Assembly: GCA_044892525.1 (NCBI GenBank) | Contig: CM097885.1 | Coordinates: forward strand, 42,844,001 to 42,908,000 | Length of the DNA stretch: 64,000 bases | DNA from: Schmidtea polychroa | Taxonomy: Eukaryota | Direction: 5' to 3' | Shown: piece by piece, positions 1-59,463 of the stretch | Position numbering within the stretch: the stretch's first letter is position 1 | Layout: each line of letters starts with the position of its first letter | The notes under the pieces: model-generated | What the model was told of the DNA's origin: nothing | Seen by the model: the letters and a program-made list of their open reading frames with translations, nothing else | Database searches by the model: none | Position numbers and translations under genes: made by a program

Positions 1-1204
1 AATATATGTTGTTATTAATGATTATGCATTTCTCACTAAATTACCTAAGAATGTTTAACTAATATACATATGCCTTAATTAATATACCCTTGCGACATAT
101 TGAATATGACCAGTACCCTTACGACAAATACACATAGGGGAACAGAATATTTTGTCGGATAAATTCAGACTATATATATAAAAACTTACAATATGCTATG
201 GTTTTTATTGATTAATTTGTTGTATATTGCATTGATTCATCAAAATGTCAGATAATATTTATAAATTAACTAAAAAAATACACAAAAATTCTATATTACC
301 TACGAATTCTGTTATGTTTCAAGTTAAATAATTGGTATATGTATCAACTATATAAAAATTGTTATGAATACAAGGATATTTTAATTAAATGTTACAACCA
401 AAAACATGGATTTCTAACTAAATTGGTAAATTTATCTGGAAATATTTTACTTAAGAAATTGCTATATATTTAAAATAACCTTTCACTAAATTGCCTAAAG
501 ATTTGCTATACGGTATTGTTAAATAATCATAATAATAAAATTAAAAATAATAATATTATGACAGGGCATGAAAAATAATATGATTGTATGACTAATAAAT
601 TTGCAATACAAGTGCATAATTAACAAAGACTTTGCAATAAATGGTCATGATTAACAAAGACATTAGAAGATGATTATGGCAGTAATATCAGAGGAGAATG
701 AATGGACAGAGAAAAGCATCATTTAGTCATTATGATTTATAATAATTGTAAATATAATTGTATATATAATTGTAAATTTCCATATATTTAAATATCACTA
801 TTTCAAAAATTAATACAAATATTAAAACAAAATGAATATGTTTTAATCAAAAAGTATTAGAATAAAACAATAAATTTATAAAAACAAATTAAAACATTTA
901 TTTACGAAACAGTAATAACCAATACTACTGCAACATATAATGGCAACTTTAAAATATTGGTTAGGGTTTCTTCTTCTTTTCGAGCATTTTGATGGTTCTT
1001 GAGAAGATCTTTTTTCCCATTTTGATGAACTCATGGGTATCCGTTCATCATATCATCACCATTTGGTAGTTGCACCCAATATATTTAATTACCAAGATGA
1101 TTTCATATTATTCAATGTTTGAAAATTTTCTACATTATAGTACCGTCATTATGGATGGTAATAATTCATTTGACTTTGATATTGTATTGATTTGTATTGA
1201 GAAC

Positions 1205-1858
1205 TTACATGTATATAGTATGATATTCATTAATCAGTGTTGAACAGGCTTGACAATTGTGAACATTCTTCTCGTGACACTTAGAACAAACAATTACGTG
1301 ACCACACGGTAAATACAAAACCGAAACTTGATTTTCTTTACAAATTGAACAAGTTAAATACCTTTTCTTAACATCGTTCAGTTTTTCCGTTAGCTTATTT
1401 TCAATCAAATCGGCTTTTGCTATCCATTCATAAATCAATCTACTATATCCCGGTTTCAACCTTAAATACATGCAACTCCAAAAGCATTCATTCAGTGAAT
1501 CGTTGTTTACCACTGTTTTTTCTAAATACATTAAATAACTAGATAACTTTAAAATGCATTTATCATAATTAAATAAATCAATCAAATATTGAATAGAGGA
1601 ATGTTTAAAAATTTTTAAAATATTTATGATTTCCTTATCAGTGTAAGTATCATGATTATTTATAAAATCTTCAACTGTGTTGAAAAATTTCAATGAACGC
1701 TTATCTTCGGAATAGGTTGGACTTAATATTTCCTTATTTCTAGTAGGATTTCCTTGCTATAAATGACATATATAAAAATATTGACAAAATAATAAAGTTA
1801 CCAAATGTGTTTTGTGATTTATACATTCATATTCAACAGTGTTACTTGTTGAAATCAT
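1205..1858 (-). CDS. Two-exon gene, about 202 aa, with a C-terminal IAP/MDM2-type RING-HC finger (probable E3 ligase) and no BIR domain
   Basis: Exon 1 is 1858-1802 (MISTSNTVEYECINHKTHL). A 45-nt GT..AG intron spans 1801-1757. Exon 2 (1756-1205) is in frame with ORF 1205..1693. The C-terminus CSICKENQVSVLYLPCGHVIVCSKC...CQAC..IYM matches the IAP RING pattern ending at the extreme C-terminus. Confidence 0.75.
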
Positions 1859-2022
1859 CAGTAATAAATAAATTTCTTAATAACTAAATTACTTTTGTTT
1901 TTACATTTATAACGATTGAGATAGCCAATCAAATTAGAGTTTTCAAAATGTAGAAATTGTAACCATGGTTGAACCTTCAAATGTCTAAGTAACATCATAT
2001 TGTATAACAATAATAATAAACA

Positions 2023-2094
2023 TGACTAGTACCCTTGCAACCTGTTGAGTGTGAACAGTACCCATAGGGGGACAAAATATTTTGTCGGATAGAC
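2023..2094. repeat. Dispersed palindromic cassette, copy 2 of 3 (others at about 85-160 and 4416-4525)
   Basis: AGTACCCTTGC..CCCATAGGGG-GACAAAATATTTTGTC-GGATA. The 16-bp palindrome is perfect at 2071-2086 and 4473-4488 and degenerate at 141-156. Confidence 0.85.
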
Positions 2095-2100
2095 TAGGAG

Positions 2101-3790
<1,690 letters not shown>

Positions 3791-3835
3791 AATTATAATA
3801 ATAATAAGAAGAATTTTCAAAATAACTTTTAAATT

Positions 3836-3892
<57 letters not shown>

Positions 3893-4132
3893 TTGATTAA
3901 AACTTTGAAAATAATAATAATAATTTTAATCTTCCGCGCGGGCGTTCTTTCTCAATAATAATGATAAATTGAATAATTACATAATCGATAATTTAAACAA
4001 ACATAATCGATAATTAAAACAAAAAAAAATAATATAATCAACGATTTAAACAAAATGAAATTATTGTGTTATAGTGACCAATAGAACAGTTATGAACTAT
4101 CATTTGCATATATACAAAATATAAAAATTAAA

Positions 4133-4384
4133 TTGATTGATCATATTGAAGTTTTCAATAACTCTATTGTTGAAAATAAAAAGAATATGAAAATTATTGA
4201 TAAGAAGCATGATTATTTGTTAAAAAAGATTGAATTATTATTAAGAGAAATTCAAACAATCAAAGGATCAATAGAATATCTGAAAATCAATTCGACGTTA
4301 CCAATTTCAAACAATATTGCTGCGAATAGTAGTACATCAATATTTAGTTTACCTTTGTTAATTTTACATTATTTTATTGTTTAA
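4133..4384 (+). CDS. Short coiled-coil-like ORF with a hydrophobic C-terminus, function unknown
   Basis: Heptad-like segment YLLKKIELLLREIQTIKGSIEYLK and tail IFSLPLLILHYFIV, followed by AATAAA. The start is TTG, so the true start is unclear. Confidence 0.3.
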   Translation: MIDHIEVFNNSIVENKKNMKIIDKKHDYLLKKIELLLREIQTIKGSIEYLKINSTLPISNNIAANSSTSIFSLPLLILHYFIV

Positions 4385-4525
4385 ATAAATGTATGTTTTG
4401 TTGATTTGTTTAATAATACCCTTGTGACTTGTTGAGCGTGACCAGTACCCTTGCGAGCATTACCCATAGGGGGACAAAATATTTTGTCGGATAGACTCCG
4501 GGCAGTACCCTTGCGAGCATTACCC

Positions 4526-4912
<387 letters not shown>

Positions 4913-5005
4913 CAAAGTCGTACCTGATTGGATGATTGACAAATCACCCGCAAATTACTTAGTAAATTTTGAACATTTTTGAAAATTTTAACCATAAATC
5001 AGTCT

Positions 5006-6910
5006 CTGACTAAAAAATTAATAACTTTTGTACCACTGATGATAAAAATTATTTCTATGGCTTAAAAGATAGATTTTCGTCTGGCCTTCAAAATGATGTA
5101 TAAATATTTAAATAATTTTGAAAACTCAAAAAGTTCTGGGAAGTCAAAAGGTAGGTCACCGCTAGATCACTTAATAATATTTTTGAAAAATAATAATAAT
5201 TTTAACCAAATTAGTGTCTGACTAAAAAATTAATAACTTTTGTACCACTAATGATAAAAATTATTTCTATGGCTTAAAAGATAGATTTTCGTCTGGCCTT
5301 CAAAATGATGTATAAATATTTAAATAATTTTGAAAATTGAAAAAGTTCTGGGAAGTCAAAAGGTAGGTCACCGCTAGATCACTTAATAATATTTTTGAAA
5401 AATAATAATAATTTTAACCAAATTAGTGTCTGACTAAAAAATTAATAACTTTTGTACCACTGATGATAAAAATTATTTTAATGGCTCAAAAGATAGATTT
5501 TCGTCTGGCCTTCAAAATGATGTATAAATATTTAAATAATTTTGAAAATTGAAAAAGTTCTGGGAAGTCAAAAGGTAGGTCACCGCTAGATCACTTAATA
5601 ATATTTTTGAAAAATAATAATAATTTTAACCAAATTAGTGTCTGACTAAAAAATTAATAACTTTTGTACCACTGATGATAAAAATTATTTCTATGGCTTA
5701 AAAGATAGATTTTCGTCTGGCCTTCAAAATGATGTATAAATATTTAAATAATTTTGAAAACTCAAAAGGTTCTGGGAAGTCAAAAGGTAGGTCACCGCTA
5801 GATCACTTAATAATAATATGACCTTGAAAATAATAATATTTTGAAAAATAATAATAATTTTAACCAAATTAGTGTCTGATTAAAAAATTAATAACTTTTG
5901 TACCACTAATGATAAAAATTATTTCTATGGCTTAAAAGATAGATTTTCGTCTGGCCTTCAAAATGATGTATAAATATTTAAATAATTTTGAAAATTGAAA
6001 AAGTTCTGGGAAGTCAAAAGGTAGGTCACCGCTAGATCACTTAATAATATTTTTGAAAAATAATAATAATTTTAACCAAATTAGTGTCTGACTAAAAAAT
6101 TAATAACTTTTGTACCACTGATGATAAAAATTATTTTAATGGCTCAAAAGATAGATTTTCGTCTGGCCTTCAAAATGATGTATAAATATTTAAATAATTT
6201 TGAAAATTGAAAAAGTTCTGGGAAGTCAAAAGGTAGGTCACCGCTAGATCACTTAATAATATTTTTGAAAAATAATAATAATTTTAACCAAATTAGTGTC
6301 TGACTAAAAAATTAATAACTTTTGTACCACTGATGATAAAAATTATTTCTATGGCTTAAAAGATAGATTTTCGTCTGGCCTTCAAAATGATGTATAAATA
6401 TTTAAATAATTTTGAAAACTCAAAAGGTTCTGGGAAGTCAAAAGGTAGGTCACCGCTAGATCACTTAATAATAATATGACCTTGAAAATAATAATATTTT
6501 GAAAAATAATAATAATTTTAACCAAATTAGTGTCTGATTAAAAAATTAATAACTTTTGTACCACTAATGATAAAAATTATTTCTATGGCTTAAAAGATAG
6601 ATTTTCGTCTGGCCTTCAAAATGATGTATAAATATTTAAATAATTTTGAAAATTGAAAAAGTTCTGGGAAGTCAAAAGGTAGGTCACCGCTAGATCACTT
6701 AATAATATTTTTGAAAAATAATAATAATTTTAACCAAATTAGTGTCTGACTAAAAAATTAATAACTTTTGTACCACTGATGATAAAAATTATTTCTATGG
6801 CTTAAAAGATAGATTTTCGTCTGGCCTTCAAAATGATGTATAAATATTTAAATAATTTTGAAAACTCAAAAAGTTCTGGGAAGTCAAAAGGTAGGTCACC
6901 GCTAGATCAC
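5006..6910. repeat. Tandem array of nine 212-bp units (two are 234-bp variants) with a 658-bp higher-order period
   Basis: Unit starts at 5006, 5218, 5430, 5642, 5876, 6088, 6300, 6534 and 6746 (last unit partial). Each contains GGTAGGTCACCGCTAGATCAC. Confidence 0.95.
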
Positions 6911-7284
6911 GATAATTAAAACAAAAAAAAAAAGTTCTTTGTTTCAATGACCTTGATGAGTCATTGTCTTTGTTAAAAATTTGACCTTGAAAAAAAAATC
7001 TTAAAAAAATTTTTCCTGCCGGGGGGGGGGGGTGGGGGGGGGGTAGGTGATCTAGCGGTGACCTGATCTAGCGGTGACCAATCCATCTACTGACATATTG
7101 AAAAAATAGAAAATTAAAACTGTTTCAACTAAAGTAAATTTAATTCTAATAAATAATACTGAAAATATTTTTTAAAATATATATTAATAGCAATAGTACT
7201 ATAAATTATATTCTTGATAGCGGTATAAATTAAATGCTATACAACTAAATGATAAAATAAGCTATTACTGGAAATTTTCAATTT

Positions 7285-7467
<183 letters not shown>

Positions 7468-7539
7468 TAAAATAATAATAAGATGTTGTACCAAGACTTT
7501 ATTTAAAAAAACCAAGAATCTTACAAATACATTACTTTA

Positions 7540-7562
7540 CATAATTTGGGACAGAGGGAGTA
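7540..7562. mobile_element. Isolated Tc1/mariner (Stowaway-like) terminus
   Basis: ATAATTTGGGACAGAGGGAG|TA is the reverse complement of TA-CTCCCTCTGTCCC. A similar opposite end lies at 46747 (TA-CTCTCTGTCCCATAAT). No partner TIR was found nearby. Confidence 0.4.
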
Positions 7563-7694
7563 TTAATGTGGAACATACCGATAACTTCTATATGAATTTC
7601 ACCTCATAAAATAAGTATTTGTAAGACAATAAAATTTATCGTTTAAAGTAAGTAAATAAGTTTTTATTAGAAATCATTTTACATTATATTTTTT

Positions 7695-8640
7695 ATTTGA
7701 ATAATAATTGAAGCCTTCTTTAATCAGTAGCAAACTCATTAATTACACTCTCCATAAATTTTTCTTTGATGTTATTAACTATTTAGCTGTGTACACTTCA
7801 CATACATAGACCGGATAAACGGTAATCAAGCATAGTCTATCTCACACAAGTTTTGACCCTTTATAGTGTACTAAAGGACATTTCTACTGTACAGATAGTT
7901 GTAAGCAATGTTAATAATATCAAAATTGTGGAACGAACTGATGAGAAGTCAGTTTTTTGTATCAAACCGAGAAATTCCAAATTGCTTGAATCGAAATTTG
8001 TTGATGTAGAATACATATCGTACCATACCATTGCTTCATTTTCGAAATTTACGATTTGGTATGTATAATTTACAGCAGCATATTTTTCTGCATAGGTTTG
8101 ACGATTGATCTTATGAATTTGATTTGGGTGGGGTGCAAACAGATTGAATTGCACAGTATTATTTTCAGAAAAACGACATTTCAAAGAATTAATTATTGAT
8201 TATAAATATGGTACAAATATAGTTTGTGGAAAATAGTCTTCTACAGTTGATGATCCAGAATTACTTCGATGTTTCTGTCTGTTACACTGTCGAGGCAGAG
8301 TTAGTTCAATATTTAGTTGGTCTGCTAATGTAGTTACTTTATTATAAGTATCAGTGTTAAAATACTTTTCGGTGTCAGTCCTGTGAAGATTAAATATCGC
8401 TGAAAGTCACTGCACATGATCTTGTACTTGAACAATATCTAAATTTTACTTTGAAGTATTTGTGTAATAGGTATCTAGAATATGTAGAATATGACGAATA
8501 TGTAGAAATTATAGTTAAACAAAATAAAAAAAACTGACGAATTGCATGAGCAGAATAATTGGTGAGCTGTCTGTCTAGTATTGTCATGTATTAATAAGTT
8601 CATTTTGCGTCATGTGGGAAGTATAACGTGCGTTACGAAA
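7695..8640 (-). pseudogene. Decayed, internally deleted hAT transposase (ZMYM1/PRKRIR-like)
   Basis: Motifs RNARYTSHMTQNELI, LPRQCNRQKHRSN..VEDYF..IFVPYL*SIINSLKCRFS, and the hAT dimerisation domain ILLTLLTTICTVEMSFSTL*RVKTCVR*TM..RLSGLCM*SVH. Multiple stop codons. Confidence 0.85.
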
Positions 8641-8680
8641 GAATATAATCATAATTTTAATCATAATTTTAATCACAATT

Positions 8681-8763
<83 letters not shown>

Positions 8764-9124
8764 CATAATAATAATAAACATTGTAATTATTTAATTATAA
8801 GATTATAATTATAACATTCGTTTTACTATATAATTAGACAGTTTTCCTGCCATCATCAAAAAGACATAACATAACATAAATTTTATATTTTAATTTTATA
8901 ATTTTATTTATTTTAAAAAATTATTTTTTTAAATATAATTTAAGAAATCAAATATTTTTCAATTTAAACTAGAGATTTTAAAATATTTTATTAAAACTTA
9001 ATTTTAATATAATATTAATAATAACCTTAAAAAATTAAAATTTAAAATTACTTAAATAAATAATTTAATTTATTTGTAAACAACAATAATTAACACACCA
9101 ATAATTTACAATACAAACTAATTA

Positions 9125-9830
9125 AAATCATTCAAACCACGCATGTTCACAGCATTTTCACATTGATTTTCGGATTCAATGATTTCATCAACAAACTTTC
9201 ACTTTCCCAATAATTATATTTTTAATAAAATTTTAAAATCAGACATGTCGTTTTTACTTATACAGTTCTTATTGAGTTCACGAGTATTGATAGTTCTTTT
9301 TAGTAAATAATATTACGAATTCGATTTCCGAAATGACGAGAAGTCTCACCAATATATGTGACATTGTACTGATTACATGTCAATTGATAAACGACATTCG
9401 AACACCATCCAACCAGTATATTAAACTTATTAATAGACATATTGCGAAATTTACATGAATTAAAAACGATCTTTTACTTTATATGCCTTCATCTTTCTGA
9501 TATGATCAGTAAAGCCCTCCAAATATAATAATACCAACACAAATGTTGACCCATGATCCTTATACATACTATTAAAGTAGTATATCTTAACAATCAACTC
9601 ATACACATCAGTCAAATTACACCCAGGCATTTTCAAATATAGATAATCGGAATTCTTAATAAATTTATCAACAATAGTTTTTATCATCATTAATAAAAAT
9701 GTTTTTGTATACCCATTCTTCATTAACAACTTAACTATTTTATCAACAATCTTTACTGTTTTTTCAAAAGTAGAAGATAAAGACCTCTCCATATTTCTCA
9801 TATACTTAAATTTATAAAACTTTCAGAGGA
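9125..9830 (-). mobile_element. Penelope-like retroelement 3' fragment (RT thumb/linker plus GIY-YIG endonuclease), degenerate
   Basis: LLMKNGYTKTFL..YLYLKMP, then NVVYQLTCNQYNVTYIGETSRHFGNRI, and the C-terminus ESLLMKSLNPKINVKML*. Confidence 0.8.
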
Positions 9831-9853
9831 AGGATTAAAACCAGTATCAGTTC

Positions 9854-9966
<113 letters not shown>

Positions 9967-10540
9967 TAAATAAATGATCTATTTGATGAATTAGTTTGCC
10001 TTGTAAGGTTGATAAAACTGATTTTAATCAACGATGCAAAAGATGAAATCTTTATATTGAATGGAAATTGAAAATTATTTATTTAACCTTTCAGAAAAAT
10101 TATAATTTTCTTATGAATTTTCATTTATTAGTATGTAGCACTAAATGACTGACATGAGAAGTTGTTGACATTGAAATATTTGTTAATAAACTATAATTTT
10201 GATCATTCTATATTGCCAGGCTATTGCTAACATTCAAATGAGCATTATCGGTAATAAGGGAACCATGTCCAACGCCCCATGTTTTGTAATAAATAAAAAT
10301 ATTTCTTTTTTCATAATTTTATATTCAAATTTATTGACGTTTTATAGCCTTTCATTAGCATTGGTTCGATGGGTAAATTTTTAGAAAATTTACTAAATTT
10401 AGCTAATATCAACCTGTTAAAAACAGAATTGTAACTTTAACGATAATTCTGCTCATTTTATATAAAATTATTTATATAGTGTTATATAATTATTCAGTCA
10501 TAAGTCATGAGTTTCTAATAAATTTATTTCGATTAAATAA

Positions 10541-10700
10541 TTCGAAATAATAATTCAAATAATAATTCAAATAATAATTCAAATAATAATTCAAATAATA
10601 ATTCAAATAATAATTCAAATAATAATTCAAATAATAATTCAAATAATAATTCAAATAATAATTCAAATAATAATTCAAATAATAATTCAAATAATAATTC
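10541..10700. repeat. 12-bp minisatellite (AAATAATAATTC), about 13 copies
   Basis: Seen directly in the sequence. Explains ORFs 10505..10690 and 10533..10754. Confidence 0.95.
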
Positions 10701-11483
10701 TGTAATTGACAATTTTAACATACATTTTAAAATTTCGTTATTCAACAATTTCATTCATAATTTAAAATTACAGCTTATATTTTAAATTTTTAACATTTGT
10801 TATTTTTAAATTTCCATCTATGTGGATATATTAAATAACATTTTAATTAATTTTAAAATAATTTCCATTATTTAATTTTGTGTTCATTAATTTTCTTTTT
10901 ATAAAATTTGGAAAAATTAACAAAAGTTATTTATATGCTCCCAAAACGTCCTTCTGAAATATTAAATATTTATTACATATCTTTTTAGTTTAGAAATGAT
11001 ATTCCTAGACATGATATTTAAATAAGAAAAATAAGAAAAATTTCTTAAATTGGTCGTCCCTAATCAAAGCCTGTCAAAAGTCTTTACACCAAAACCAATA
11101 TTATGTCGTTCTCTTCGTTTAACCTAAAATGATTGTTGAATAATAAACTATAAGGTAATACACAAATCCTGAATCTTTCAATAATATTTTATTTAATGAT
11201 TAAACTCCAGGACAGAAGAACTTTAAATTGACCATCAATTAAATTTCATATAACACCTAACATCTAAAAAAGATTAAAAAACTTGGAAAATATTAATTGG
11301 AGGAAGAACTCTAAAAGAGTAGGGAAAAAATTAAAAAGACCATTGATATAGGTCTATACAATCCACTTAATGTGAAACGTTATTGACTGTTCATAATTAT
11401 TTCTGTCAGGCAATGATCAGAATTAATTGACTTCCAAACGGAGCTTGATAGCTTTATATAACATACAGTCAGTAGAAATTGAG

Positions 11484-12856
11484 ATCAGTGACAAATACGT
11501 TCAGAGTAAGATAAAGAATGAAACAGATAACCATCATTTTATTATTAGGTGTTTAATAATTTGTTTTATGTACATATTGCAAGAATGTTATTTCATTAGA
11601 TTTACCAGTTAATCAAACAATTTAAACTAAAAAGCTTCAATACTTTAAATTCTAGGTAAAACGGACCTGACCGCTTTCGCAGTACCTATACATCTACAAA
11701 ATAACATCTTTATCTTCTCCTCTTTCACTTAGTGTAGATCATTGCGAAGTATTAGACACTAAGCTCTTTTGAGTTTATTTGCATATTTATCTGCTCATCA
11801 ACCATATATTTGTATTCTTCGATAATTTTACAAAAAAATCTATAAAAAATCATTCTAAATTTATATTTAAAATAAATAACTGTTGATAAATGCATATGTA
11901 AATAAAAGACATAACATTCCTAATAAATTAAATTATTATTTCGTATGTAAATATGACCAATAATCATTCTTAATTTTTGACATTATTAATTATTTATTTT
12001 ATTTATTATTCTCTTATTATTGAGTTGGTAGATTTTTCAAATGCGTTTTTCCCCTCTTAACTATGTTGGTGATTGTAACTTCTTGAGTTTATTATTTTTA
12101 TTATACGTGTTTTATTTATTCTCAATGTGTTGTGTGCTTTATTTTGTATTATTTGATGTTTAATCATATATTTTAATTGAACATTTTGCGGTTTCCAAGG
12201 TATGTATTAAACAACGTTTCAATTTTTCGGCTCTAGCCCAACAGCAGTTACCTAAAACGACAATCATGTATGACAATTTATTTCACAAATAGCTTTGATG
12301 AAATTGACAATTATTTGTGGTACAATTATAACCAAACTATTTTTAGTAATTATTAATTATAAATAAAGTTAACTTAATCAAAAGTAAGGTTCTCATCAAT
12401 TTGAGATTATAAGTGACCAGATCAGTGTAATCAGCATACTTTCTATATTTGCCTTTTTAATTTTTCAAAGTAATATTGAAATGCATTTTTATGAAATTCA
12501 TCAAAATCATTCAAAAATGTTCCTTCCATATTGTGAGAATGTAATTAAGCTCATTAATTAAACAGATCAATTAAATTAATTAATGTTATTAAAAATTTAA
12601 TAAATAACAATTTGGTTAAAGACAAGATAAAGATGTTATTTTGTAGATGTATAGGTACTGCGAAAGCGGCCAGGTCCGTTTTACCTAGAATTTAAAGTAT
12701 TGAAGCTTTTTAGTTTAAATTGTTTGATTAACTGGTAAATCTAATGAAATAACATTCTTGCAATATGTACATAAAACAAATTATTAAAAACCTAATAATA
12801 AAATGATGGTTATCTGTTTCATTCTTTATCTTACTCTGAACGTATTTGTCGCTGAT
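11484..12856. repeat. 233-bp inverted repeat (11484-11716 / 12624-12856) with a 907-bp spacer
   Basis: The arms are reverse complements with about 3 mismatches by manual comparison. No TSD seen. Confidence 0.9.
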
Positions 12857-13119
12857 GTTGTTATTTAATGGTATTTGTTAAATTCCTTATTTATACACTA
12901 CTGCATTGAACAATTTCCCTCGAGGGATTTGGTGTAAGTAATATTATGGTGAAGATTATTATTTGAGCTAATAAATTTTAATTATAATTTGATTTTTAAT
13001 TATGAATACAATAAATAGTTTAGCTCCATTAAATAATATTATTAAATAATAATCAAAAGAAGGCGAGATGGATAAAGAATTCTTACAAATAAAATATTAT
13101 AAATAAATATATGATATAA

Positions 13120-56371
<43,252 letters not shown>

Positions 56372-56689
56372 CTGAAAATGAAAGATTAAATTCATTATAA
56401 AATTAATTTGCAGAAAATTAATTATTTTCCGTAAAAATAAATATAAAGCTAAATCAACGATTAATCACGAAAAGAAAAGAAATTCTCTATTTGTGGATAA
56501 TTATTGTAGATTAATTGCTTAAATTAACAAAAAGAAATAGTTTAATTAAAATATAATTAATTTTTTTTAATTTACATTGTACTTTAATGAGACTAATTGC
56601 TTGGGATTGTCTGGCAAAATTATTGTTTAGTTAAATTTTATTTTTAATTTGAAAACAAAAATTATTATTATTAGATCGACAACAACAAC

Positions 56690-56752
<63 letters not shown>

Positions 56753-57058
56753 AAAATTCAAAATTTTATCATTTCAAATTTAGGCAAAAGTACGTTGTAC
56801 AATAACAAAATGCATGTTTGTTTAAAAATCCTTGATCCATACTTATATGATATGTAGAGAGTAGTTTTTGATCAAGTGAAATAGTTGCCAGATTATTTTT
56901 CTAAACATATAAATTAGCTGTATGAAATTCGTCAAATAATAAATAATTTAAACATTCTATAGCAATAAACGCATATGAATGAATTGTTTTTTTCTCACTA
57001 ATAACATCTGAATCTTCATATTGATAAATTATTTTATTATTATTACTATTAATATTAA

Positions 57059-57204
<146 letters not shown>

Positions 57205-58309
57205 TTATTATTATTATTATCTTATTATTATAACTATTATTCGTATTTAAATATTCAGAAGTCAAGTAATGATAGTATTAATTTATTCAGAATATATTAT
57301 AACTGAGAAATTATGTCCATCAGTGAGCATGAAATAAATTCTGAATTCTGTGAAAGTAAATTGTGTGAAACAATGTTTTGTTTATTCCAATTGATTTAAT
57401 TTCATTTTATTTCTATTCTGATTTTGGAAAGTTGAGAAATCAAAAAAAACCATTGAATAGTTTTATTCATTTGCCGACAGACAATTTCCTCGTAATTCGA
57501 CGGTGATTTCATTTGAGGAATGATAAATTGTTCAATTAAATGGCAATGATGAGGTTTATTACTTTGTATTAAGTATTGCTTGGGACTTGTAATTTTTGCT
57601 GTTTTCCTTTCCAACAATTGATCACTGATTTGGTTTCATTCTTGTAAAATGTAATTTGAAAATAAAAAATTAGAAAAACATTTTTTTCATAGATCTTTTC
57701 ATTAGTAAACAATTTGAAATAATAATGTTAGTAACAATAAAAGTTACGGTAATATTAAAAGAAGTGTAAAAAAGATTAAAAAAAGAAAAAAAATATTTAA
57801 TTTACAATAGATCTTTTTTATTTTCTTGATAATATTTCACTAATTTTCATTTTGATAAAAAATCAAAGATTTTGTTGGAGTAGAATTAAATTTTTTGAAC
57901 TTACGAGTCTGTTAGCAATGATATTTAAGAAATACAAACTTATTAATTAATTAATTGATAAAAACAAATCAATTTGATTAATAGACAAAATCATCAAGCT
58001 TGAAAAGCATTAACAAGAATATATCCCTATAGAAGATTGAAAACAATATTCAGTTGTTATCAAAAAGCAGTCAAAGCAATTAAACGAAAAGTGAAAAATA
58101 GAGAAACGACATTCAAAGAGATATTTTCTTTAGATGATAAATCCTATTCGTTCAACTGGGAGCGGTTTCCCTTAGGATGTTCTGCTATTAGTATCTACTT
58201 ACAATTTTATTTTTTGTCACTATAAATTGGAACATCAACGATTTTGAGATATTGTTTTCAGTTTCTTATTCTGATAAAAAGGCTCTATTTTTCAGAATAG
58301 TGTTATTAA

Positions 58310-58388
<79 letters not shown>

Positions 58389-59428
58389 GTAATAATAATG
58401 ATAATAATAATAATGATAATAATAATTTGTCAATGTAAAAAATATAAAACATGCATTATTATCATTTGAAAATATTTCCTTAAACTATATTTTAAATAAA
58501 ATTTCATCTTCATTTATAACTTCATTTTCCCAGTTTTACTTGAATTCTGATCCTCATAAAACCTTCAAGCGAATTTCAGTAAAATAAAATTTGATTTAAA
58601 ATTAGATTTGATTTTATATCTCATCGAATTTTATAATTAAATTTAAACAAAATTTAATTATTATTTATGTATTGGTTTCTTATTTAATCCGTAAAAGTTC
58701 AAATTCATAGTTCAAAAGATTATATTTTTAGAAAAATACAATATATCAAGTTAACGATTAACTTTAATTTTTTTACTTATATGTTTAAAACTGTCGTTTA
58801 AATAGGAAAGCGATAACAAAATTAATCAACTAAAAACGTTTGACAAATATTTAATTAATTTAAAAAAATATATTAAAAATAATTAAAAGAAATCATATTT
58901 CTAATTTAATTATTAATCCGAATAACTTTTTAAATAGATTTTGTGAAAATAAATTCTTTTATTTAATTTATCTAAAAATTAGACGTTTTCCTGATTAATG
59001 TCTGAACGATCATTAGAAATGACTTGATGGAAGGCATCATTATTTCATTCACTAAGTCAATTGAAGTCATAAAAGATTTCGATATTTTTGTGATAAATGT
59101 TATATTTTAGATTTCCTGAAACCAATATTGGGGAAAAATAGTAAAAATGTAAAATTTCTCTAATTGGAATTAAAACTCACTTAGATAAAAATAAAAAGTT
59201 ATGGATAATTAAGTATTAAATTAATAATAATAAAAACATTATGAATACATTAATAAAAATAGGATTATTATCACAAATATCATGGGAGCATGAATTGTTC
59301 TCAACATAGAATTAAAAATATTAATTTATTACTCAATTTTAAATTAAAAGAATAATTGAATATACGTGCAATTTATTTTACAAAAAATATAAATTTACAA
59401 AACATATGTAGAAATCTTCAAACTAATC

Positions 59429-59463
<35 letters not shown>

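Noticed and set aside
5006..6910. Regular repeats suggesting a CRISPR array
   Set aside because: Whole units repeat with no unique spacers, there are no cas genes, and the context is eukaryotic.
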